Assembly: GCA_000697335.1 (NCBI GenBank)
Contig: JNEM01013709.1
Location: forward strand, 1-43,126
Direction of reading: 5' to 3'
From: Conidiobolus incongruus B7586
Taxonomy: Eukaryota
Length of the DNA: 43,126 bases
Positions 24,937-35,310 of this stretch are shown piece after piece. The position numbers and the translations under genes are program-made. Position 1 is the first letter of the stretch; every line of letters begins with the position of its first letter. The notes beneath the pieces are model-generated. The model was not told where the DNA came from, did not search any database, and was given only the letters and a program-made list of their open reading frames with translations.

Positions 24937-26865
24937 TATATATTTAATTTTAAATTTAAATTAAATTATAAAATATAGAATTATATCTGATAATTTGATT
25001 AAAAATTAAAAAAGCTATATTAGTTATAACTAAATAAAACTTATCTAAATATAGGTAAAAAAAAGGTTTTATTATTAAATTTTATAGTTTGTTAATTTTA
25101 AATTGATTTATATAATATTTTATTAAAAAATAATATAAAATTTCAAGTTAAATTAAAATATTCCTTTTTATAACTTTTAAAAAACAAATACTATATTAAT
25201 AAAAAAATAATAATTAATATAATTAATTATAACAATATATATTTTTTTATTTATTTTTCAATATAAAATAGTGAATAATAAGCTCTATATTATATTTTTA
25301 TATGAAAAATTTTCATTTAAAATTTTAATTAAATCTTTTATAATATATAATATTTGATTTATAATAAATTTTTTATTTAAAAAATTAAGAAAGATTATTA
25401 TATATAATATATTTACAAAATTAATATTTATAAAAATATAGCTTTTTTAATTAATTAAAATATAGACATTAAAAAGATTTTTTTATTTAAATAATATTAT
25501 AAAATATCAAATTTTGGCCTTTAATAAAAATTATTTTGTAAATATTAAACACTTAATTACAATATAATAAAAAGTTACTAATTATAAAAATATTAGTTTT
25601 ATATTATTTATTAATTTTCTGAAATTATATATTTATAATTGCATTTATTTTTGAGTTGGAGATTTTAGAATTATTTAATTTATATACAAATAATATAATT
25701 AAAATCCATACTAATTTGTAGTGTTATTGTAATTTCTATTAATTTTTTGAAAATAGGAAATTTTAAAGCATATATATATATATAATTTTGGGAGTATGTA
25801 AATTAAATTAGTTATATTTAATTATTCTCAAATACTTTCATTTACTTAAAATAACTCCTTAATAAGCAATTGTTATATTTTAATAATATTTGTCTATTTA
25901 AATTTAATAATTAAATCTATATTACTTCTTATATATAATGGATTTATTGGTCCATAATCAAATAATTCTCTTTAGCTCCTTTTATTAATATTTATCAAAA
26001 ACCTATGCCACTCACTAATGAATTATTTAAACCCAGATGTGGTAAGGATAGAATTGAGATATTAATTTTCCTGGATATTCTGTTATAACATCTTAATAAT
26101 AAGCTTTAAGACATATAATACCAATGAGTTAAAAAGCAAGATTAATAAATAATTTACTAAATCGTATTACAAGTACCTTTCTAACAGTAATCTCTGTTCA
26201 CAAGACTTATTATGAAACACAACATTATGTATATTGACACTATTTCTCAGTTATTAAGACATTGCTAATGGAAATGTAAATTTTTGAAGAAATATAGTTT
26301 TCAAAATATTTGCTACAATGATAAATGGTTATTTGCTATGCGATTTAGGATTAAATTTGGATACCCAAAAACTTTGAAATTATTAAATACATAATTATTA
26401 ATTACCGTCCATAGCAAATGACTAATTGTGTTATCAAATCATAATATTTGATTATAATATGCATTTTGAAGTTTTTCAAATTTTGCCTGATACTAAATTG
26501 ATGGATGATAAAAAATTGCATCTTAGTTTGATCTCCATTCAATTAAATTAAACATAACAAACCCATTTGATATTGCTATACCTTATGAAAGTAGTATGTA
26601 GCTTTTGTTCAAATTTTAACATAAGTTTTATATATTTTCCAGACACAAAAATAAAAAATTTGATAATTAATAATTCCAATTTCTAATCTTGATTTCATTC
26701 TAAGTTGAATTAATAATATTTGGGACACATATTTAGTAATCAACAAATTATAAATTTCAATTAATTAATATACAATATTACGCATAATTCTTATATATAA
26801 TTAATAATATTGAATTATGAAGTCTTTTCAATATATTTCATCAGAATTTATTATTCAAAATAATA

Positions 26866-28184
26866 TTAGTGCAGAAATTAAGTAATGGCACAATTTTAAA
26901 ATTAAAATTAAACAAATAAATTAATAAATAATATATAAAATTTAATGAATAATATAAAATTAATAGCCTCTTTTATTATTAATAACTCTTTTCTATACCT
27001 TTGGTAAGCTTCTAATACCTAAAAAACAGTTCTTTTTATTAAAGACTGAAATTTGATGTTTCATGAACCAATTTAATTTGTTTGCAGGAATTTTTTTTCC
27101 TGCAAGCTGTTTTTTTAATTGTCTAAAACAATTATAATCACATAGATTATAATCAGGTGAATATACTGGATGTGGTAACTCCCTCCAATTTTTTTTATAT
27201 AAAAAATCTTTTACAGCTTTAGCTTTATGTATTTTGCAATTATCATGTAAAATAATAGGTGTGTTTAATTTATATTGAGAACACTATTTAAAAATTGTTT
27301 TATTTAAAAAAGTAATATATAACTTACTATTAATTGATTTTCCTTGAGGTATTAAATAAGAAAACTATATACCATTATAATCTATTACAACAATTAACAT
27401 TCACTTATATTTAAAGTGCTTATTTATTAGAATTTGTGGAAAGGATTGATTTAGCTTAACCTAACATCTTGTTTTATTTTTAGGTAAAGGATTATATAAA
27501 GGAATTTAAGATTCATCAATTACAAGTATTCACTGTAAAAACCTTTGTTTTTGGTTATACCTTAATAAGTTTAGTTTAGCTATAGCTACTCTAGTTTTTT
27601 TTAGGCTTCTGTTAAATTATAAGGTATCTATTTTATATTTTTATTAATTAATCCAAGTTTAAACTTAAGTAAATATAACATGCTTGTATAATTAATATTA
27701 AATTACTTTGATAGTTCTTTAACAGAAATAAAAAGGTATTTCTTAATATATTTTTTTACTTTATTGGTAAGTGAAAAAGTAACAGTAGAAATTAATCTTT
27801 TAGATTTTGGTAAATTTTGAATAATGTCCCTTCCAGCTTTAAAATCACAAATCCAGCAATATATGGTAGTTTTAACTAAAGCACCATCTTTATAAGTTGT
27901 TTGCAAGTTTTAGATGATTTTAGAGGGTTTATGGTTAAGTTTTAAAGATACAAAAATAAAAGCCTTTTGATAATCACAATCTAGTTTAAGCATGATTAAA
28001 TTTAAGTATAAATTTTAAAATCAAAATATTTTAATAAAAAAAATAATTAAAATTGAATATATATATATAGTTTGAAAATATTTATTTTCCTATATATTAT
28101 ATATATATATAATCTTTCAAAATGTATAATATGTTTGAAAGATCAGAAATTAAAAAATTTGCCATTTCTTAATTTCCATACTAA
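26866..28184 (-). mobile_element. Full-length (1319 bp) mariner-type element, uninterrupted reference copy
   Basis: TIRs TA|ttagtgcagaaattaagtaatggcacaatt and, as reverse complement, TA|ttagtatggaaattaagaaatggcaaattt. Size of about 1.3 kb is typical of mariner. Confidence 0.93.
26960..27993 (-). pseudogene. Mariner DD34D transposase relic
   Basis: Manual translation from ATG 27993: ...YKDGALVKTTIYCWICDFKAGRDIIQNLPKSKR (mariner HTH and PRSGRP linker), K*IPYNLT (WVPHEL-like), ILVIDES*, K*MLIVVIDYNG, IILHDNCKIH, WRELPHPVYSPDYNLCDYNCF (YSPDLAPCD-like). There are 34 residues between the second and third D. ORF 27703..27906 is a fragment of it. Confidence 0.92.
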
Positions 28185-28578
28185 TAGTTATACATCAAAT
28201 TGTATTTGATATTGAATGTCTCATTAGATTTAACAATTTATTGACAAAAATATCTTTCAATCAATTTTCAACTAACGTTATATTCGGTAGAAATAAATAT
28301 ATTAATTTTAATTGAACCTATTTAGCTATATTTCTATGAGTAGTATAATTACCTAGATGGGTAGCTTGGCACTAAATAATTACTTTCTGAATTTGACTCA
28401 ATTTTTTTACAATACCAAGGTTTACAATTAAATTCATCCTGAATCATTAAGAATTGAGTTTTATAAATATGAAACTGATTTGAATATCATTTTAATAATT
28501 ATCAAATAGACAATAATATATATATATATATATATAATGATTGGAGTCTGCCTTTTCACTTTTTTATTACTCATTGAA

Positions 28579-28809
28579 ATGAAGATATAATTGAATATTT
28601 TATCTATTTACTGGTTCAGAATAGTTTATTCTAAGGCCATCACAAAATGTACTAGTGGAGCTTATAAATGTGTTCGTCAGGGAGCTCCTAAATTTTTAAT
28701 TTGCAATAATGGTCAATGGGTTCAACACCAATGCCGTCTTGGTATATTATGCTATAAGAACGGCGTGACTATTATTTGTGGTTATCCAAGAAAGAAACCA
28801 AAAGATTGA
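28579..28809 (+). pseudogene. Small Cys-rich, probably secreted protein with one CBM19-type chitin-binding module; in-frame TAA at codon 4
   Basis: ATG AAG ATA TAA TTG... gives MKI*LNILSIYWFRIVYSKA (signal-like), then CTSGAYKC..PKFLICNNGQWVQHQCRLGILC..IICGYP, the C-x-x-G-x3-C...F-x-x-C-x-x-G-x-W-V-x3-C-x-x-G-x-x-C pattern of CBM19. No downstream in-frame ATG. Confidence 0.72.
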
Positions 28810-30038
28810 GCTATTTCAATTTTAAACTTTTATCTATTTTAAAAATATTTAATATAACCGACATATCTAAATTATAAACATGAGTAGTAAAAATTTTTTG
28901 CATACATCAAATTATATAATTGAAATTTCCTAATTAGACTAAAATTATATATCCCCCATTTATCAATTTTTATTTGAATAATACGATACAGATAAAAAAA
29001 TGACAGTGATATAATTTATACATATATTAAATCTTTATTAACCAGAATATCACTATATAATATACACTTTATCACTATGTTCTGATTAATATACAAAGTA
29101 ATTTTCAGTATAAATACATGTAATAGTCATTTAATATCCTATCAATTAGTATCCTCTTTCAAACATATTCATTATCCAGTCTATTATCTCTATAAATCGC
29201 AATTACCATTTGTAATCATCTGACAGTTCATCAACTACGATTTCCTTATACGATGAAATTAAGCAATATTTTGGGCTAAATGGTTTATTTATACACCTAT
29301 CAATTCATTTCTTCCAATAACTAGTCTATCGGTATAGAAACCCCTCTGTATAGCTAATCAGAAGTATCATTTTTGTTACTTATATTCTCAAAATGTAACT
29401 CGTATATAATATTTATTATGTACAAGATGCTGTAGATTCATATGAGTTAATTACATTGCCGCGGTAAGTAATATTCCATTGAGCAGCCTATTCTCATGAG
29501 ATTTGGTATTACCATTCCACTCATTTAAAATAATATATTCAATTGATTCTAAATCAACACAATGATATATTTCATGAAATTCTTAAATCTTTTTTTATTT
29601 TTTACAGTAAATTGGCATTGCGTTAGTAAGTAATGTTTAAAATATTTGAATGTTATTAATTATATTAAGTCTACTATATAATACTACTAATTATAAATAC
29701 TCTAAAATTTTCAGATTCAATCAATTTAAAATTGATATTAAAGAGTTTGAATATCTTAAATCGAAAAGTTCAATATCTAAATATTTTAAATATGTATGAA
29801 ATTTGCGATATATCGATTTTTTGTGAATCTTTGATCACTTTTTGTCATATTCCATCATAATAATCAAATATTTAATAAAATTATATAGTCAGTATTTGGT
29901 GAATTTGCATCAAACTCTAATTCGTAAGGATTGATATGTAATTTAAAACATACTGATTGATAAATAACACTCATTTACTAGATACCATATTTTTATCAAA
30001 AATATTCCTTATCAATTCAAACATTCTATTCTGGATTC

Positions 30039-31150
30039 AAAATAAATACTGATCCATAGTGGGTTTATATATTAGGATTTAAAGATCTGTATTCATATTT
30101 CAATTATAACCAATTAATTAATTACTCAAAAAAATTTGAAACTGTATATTTGAAAGGCAATCCTATTCACGTTGCATATAAATAAGCAAAGGATGAAAAT
30201 CACCAATATATTGTTGATGAAAATTTAACTAATTTTATCTAATTAATTGGATATATTTAGTTTAATTTATTACTCTGATTTAAAATTTGAAATCAATTAT
30301 CAAATATTACTCAAAGACGAGATTTATGAAATAATATCCTCAAAATTTGACTGTTCGTTTTGATTCCAAGCATTAGTATATGATGAGAATCTGTAATATA
30401 CTTACACATTTGAAGTAGTTAGAAACCTTATCTGATTTTCTTTTGATCCTTTCGTTCGAAATTTAGGTTCTCTTAACACTTTAGAATCAATGAACTTATT
30501 ATAAAGTGTTATTGTACAATACAAGGACAATTGGCCTTCTGTTGATCAAATCGAATTCCAAAAACCCTAGAACTTAAACTGCAGTTATTGTAAGTTAAAA
30601 AACTAATTTAACAGAAGCTCCAAATATTTATCAGTTACAACTATATGAATTATTATAATAATTATGAGGGATTAATCCTACCTTGGCAAACTACCCTTTA
30701 CCTCGATTGTTTGAACTAGGAATTATTGAGCGTTTTCATTCCAAATCTATTTGAATTTTTGTAATGCATCCACAGGAAAATTCCTCAGCAATCACTCTAA
30801 TTATTACCTTTACTTTGATTACCTCTGTATCCAGTTACTCTAACAATGCATTGAATAAAATCAACCTGAGCTTATAATCCACAATGTAAAACCATAAAAT
30901 ATTTCTAATCCATCATCATCTACTCTATTTGGTATCAAATCTTTCAATATTTATGAAATTAGTTTTTACAATTTATACTTGCTTCACAGACTATGTGTCT
31001 GCTGTCATAATTTAAATAGCTTGAAATTTTTTTATAATGAAGTAATTATATAATATCTCGACCAATTGTTTGGAGGTTTGGAAAACAAATTCAATCTGTA
31101 ATAATATATCTGAATTCTGAATAAGAACTTATTTTGAAATTAATTCAAAG
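30039..31150 (+). pseudogene. Decayed F-box-like/LRR family pseudogene, tandem paralogue of 33959-35310 (not in the ORF track)
   Basis: From 30051: DP*WVYILGFKDLYSYFNYNQLI ~ DINWSFILGLNDLHPYLSQNQLV. From 30442: FDPFVRNLGSLNTLESMNLL*SVIVQYKDNWPSVDQIEF ~ LEAFIQMLASLGKLESLKLTNTIFVQNSNDQPLLDQIQL. Near 30600: TNLTEAPNI ~ SHFTEDPNI. Near 31010: NLNSLKFF ~ SFNSLKSL. Multiple stops and frameshifts; 3' limit approximate. Confidence 0.75.
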
Positions 31151-33958
31151 ATAATGACAGGGAGTAAACTAACCCATTGGAAGGAATCCCTTACATGGGT
31201 ACAGAATATTAGGCACACAGCTAAAAAGTTTAAGAAAATATAAAAATTTAAAGTGGAATGGTTTAAATATCTCAACCTTAATAAAAAATGGCTTAAAATA
31301 TGGAATTTTTAGAATATCACAAGTTCTTGGGGCTAGAAGTTAAAATATTCCTATCAATAAGATAAATGTGTTGATTATTTTAATTAAAACTATTGGATTA
31401 TGGTTATTTATTTTTATTTTTGTATTGAATCGTATAATTGTGTTTGAAAACTTTTTCAATCAGGGTTGAGAATTATAGTGATATAATAATGTATTGAATA
31501 AAATATATTATTATAATGGTACTATAATTAATATAGCAATTTAACTTGAGTTTGTTTTACCGAATTTTTGATAACATAAGTTCACAATGTGATCATACAC
31601 GAATTATAAAGGCTTTTTGAGGTTGTAATTTTAAATTGTCAATTTAAAAGTGATGAGAAAATGTTACATATATCAAATAATACCATTGTCAATCTTAAAC
31701 ACTAAAATATTTTAATTAAATTTAAAATATAAAATATATTATTTCTTAAGTATTGCAATACAATATCTTGAGAATTGTTTAGTCATTATAATAGGATAAG
31801 CTTATTAACATAACAGAATATTTCAAAACTTTAATTTAAACATTATAATTAGTGCAATGAAAATTATAAATATATTATTCTGAATTTCTATATATTTCAT
31901 AGCAGTTTATATTTAAACTACTCTGGAAGAGATAGAGTCTATTACAAGTAAAAAACTGTAATGATATGAAATTAATAATTCAAGTCTACTCTTTTTAAAA
32001 ATTCCTATTTAAAAAACTCAAAGAATTTACTAGTATTATTTAATATAGTTTGATATATTAATTTTGAAGTATTTGATATAAATTTTTAAGAATTATAATA
32101 TTTGAATAACATTCAGTAATAACTTCAATAAATACTTGTAGAAAACTTGTAAAGCTTATGATAATTAATATATAGCATTTGAATATATAATAATAGGTTT
32201 AAAATATATATATTAAACCATATTAAATTTTGTTAAAGTGATTTTAAGATATTCTTTTCTTGAAACATTGATCCTCCAGACAATTGTTATGCAATCAAAT
32301 ATTATTTATAAAATCAATTTATAGAAAAAGTCACATTTTGTCAACTTATCAAAATAATATTTATGGAAAATTAATCATATATATATCAAATCCAATAATT
32401 GTTAAAACACAGTAAATTGGTATATTATTAAATAAACTCTTATGTATATAATATTTAATATTATTTGTATACTATTTGCTTTATACAAATAGAATTCTGT
32501 CTAAAAATGAATTTTAATTAATATTATCGACAATTGTGGGATGAAATCATTATATTGAGGTCGATTATTATTTTCCCTTATATTATCATTGGAATATATA
32601 TATACTATATGCAATTTGATTTAATATTTTTTGAAATATATCAATTGTTTTCAAAAATTGTAAATATATATTTATGAAAATATTTGAATTAAGTTTTAAT
32701 TAACAGTTGCTTGGTTTTTAATGTTTATCTATTGTTAAAAACTACTTATTTCAGTTATCCACATAGTTTATCTCAATAGCTTTTGTAGTTGTGTGATGAT
32801 GTATTTTTCTCATTAAATCTAAAATTTTCACAACATTTAATTTTGGAATTGAGTTTTCAATTTAACAAATGAGATTAGAATAAAATATTCAAGTAAATAT
32901 GATATGATATATTATTTTGTTCTATTCAATTAAAAAGATTCACAAGAAGGTATATAACATAAATTAAAATGTAAGTTTAAATGGATTTTAAAATTGTATA
33001 CACCAATCAACTTCATAAATTCAATGAATTTTTCATTTTAGTAATATATTAATCACATGCAAAAACGTAAGAATTATTTGGTAAATAAAGAAATTATATT
33101 TTCTAGAAAATATAGTTTAACTTAGTTTATTATGCTGAAAACAATATAAATCAAATTTATTTCGATCAAAAATATCATCAATTTTTGATAGTATTTTGAA
33201 AATTTGTTGTTGATTACATTGAAAGAATAATATAAATTGCCTATCCAATTTTATTATTTAGTATCAATCAACCCAATTGTGTGTAAATATTTCACAGCAT
33301 CCCCAAAACTTTTGAAATTATTAATTTGTATATATTCAATCAAAAGAATGTAATGTGACTTTAAGCAAGAATTATAAAAACGTTTGATTTTTTCAGGGTT
33401 GAAAGGGTGAATTGATCTAATGACCTTGTTTCTCTATATTACTATTATATAATTTGACATATATATATCTAATTATTAAAATAGATTAAAATTTCATTTA
33501 GGTTGTTAGCAGATATTGCAACACTAATTAAGCTATTTTTATATTAAACAAATTAATTACACATGTTTTATCATTAAAAATGATTCGATTACTAAATTAA
33601 TTTTTTCGTTAATATAATATAAAACACGATTTTGGAAATACACAAGTAAACAACGTGAATAGATTCCGAGATTTTAAAGGAACATCTTTTAACTAATTTC
33701 ACCTTTAGATTTAATCTATTAAAATGGGGCGATCATAACCAATAAATCACAAATTCACTCCCACGTTTGCCTTTTTATGGAAATCTCCTTAGCTTTAACA
33801 ATCATTTTTAAAGCCATCAATTTATAATTTTAACTAGTCCCATAAATCAAAGAATCAGATACAAAAATTTAAATATCTTATCTAAAAAGTCTGACCTCCA
33901 ATTAATTTTCTTGATTCTATTAATAATTCACTCAATATTTATTTAATTTTAATAATCT

Positions 33959-35310
33959 ATGAAAGCTACGAGTGATATAAATTGGTCCTTTATATTGGGT
34001 TTAAATGATCTCCATCCCTATTTGAGTCAAAATCAATTAGTTGAACTGAGTACACTATCCAAATTTATTCGAAACAAACTTAAATCACGGATTTTTCAAA
34101 CAGTACACTTTTACAAATATCCTCCAAAAACCGATAATTCTGCCAAGAGAGTAGATCCAGGTAATTTAACGTATAGCCCAGTTATTTCAAATGATATACT
34201 TAATAAGGGTTAGAATTAATATCAAATCTCAATAAGATGCGAAATGATTTTGGATTTTTCAAGCAATATCCTACCACTTTGATTATTGAAAATGACTCTA
34301 TTTGGAATTATTCGTTAGAGATTACAAAAATGTTTAATAATATCAAACATTTAACCATTAAACAGATATTTTTGCCTTTAGAAGCTTTCATTCAAATGCT
34401 AGCATCCCTCGGTAAACTGGAGTCTTTGAAGCTAACTAACACAATCTTTGTTCAAAATTCAAATGACCAGCCTCTCTTGGACCAAATTCAACTTCCAAAA
34501 ACTTTGAAAAAGCTTCAAGTTACACGTTGTCAGACAATCCAATCCCATTTTACTGAAGATCCTAACATTCTGGATTACCATTATTCCATATACCACGATA
34601 GATCGCAAGACTTCATCATCCCACCACAACACTTCCCCAGCCTAGAGCACCTATCATACCGAACTTTTAACGACTTCCAAAAGCATCTAACTCAATATTT
34701 AGTATTGAATCCCCATATCAAATCCATCAGAACTTTTATTCACGAGTTCACCTTTGAAACTATCCAATTACTTCAAGTTTGCCACGGATTAACTCAACTC
34801 AAAATCAATGTACCCATGATTTTCGAAGATTTCCCAACTGATGAAATCACCAGCTTTAATTCCCTCAAGTCACTCCAATGTTTCTATATTGATAATGATA
34901 ATTACGAAATGTTTGAAGAATTATGCTTATCAAGTCCCAATTTACACCATCTAGGATTTAATTATATCGATGAAATTGACGAGAAATTCTCTTCACTTTT
35001 ATTACAGCTCGACAAATTAAAGCATCTTACACTTGTTAACGGTAATGGTTATGACACCATTACATTCCAGTTAAGTCATAACAGCCCTGTCCAATTAATT
35101 GAATTACACGATTTCTGTCCCAATAATATCGATTTGACGAAATTTGAACATTTAAAAAATTTGAAGCGTATAACAATCAAGGCTGTCGAATACCATGAGT
35201 ATGAAGATCATTTAGATTGTTACTCCAATTATAAACTATTTGATAATTTTGTAAATTGGAAATGTTGCTATTCACCAAAATCAATTCAGTGTTATAGGAT
35301 TAAAAAGTGA
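33959..35310 (+). CDS. F-box-like N-terminus plus LRR/RNI-like protein; probably join(33959..34160,34214..35310), 432 aa
   Basis: The N-terminal WxxILxxxDLxxYLxxxxLxELSxxSKxIRxKL motif is F-box-like, followed by LxxLxL repeats (IKHLTI, LESLKL, LKKLQV, LEHLSY, LTQLKI, LKHLTL). The two ORFs are in different frames. A 53-nt CAG|GTAATT...TTAG intron at 34161-34213 restores the frame; a 1-nt deletion near 34207-34211 is the alternative. Confidence 0.78.

Larger units (their letters stand above)
16627..25690 (+). mobile_element. Outer (oldest) mariner-type element in three pieces (16627-16794, 23007-23336, 24939-25690), hosting all nested insertions
   Basis: 16627-16794 matches the 5' end of the 26866-28184 element (atggcaaattttttaattt..tttcaaacatatt). 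The match resumes after the TA at 23005-23006 (aattatttttgTA|ttaaaatttttt), continues after the Tc1 at 23337-24936 and ends in a decayed TIR attatttaatttatatacaaa|ta. Very AT-decayed. Confidence 0.72.

Noticed and set aside
16627..25690. AT-rich block as a mitochondrial insertion or centromeric satellite
   Set aside because: Accounted for by nested Tc1/mariner/LTR relics with defined ends; no organellar genes or tandem satellite unit seen.
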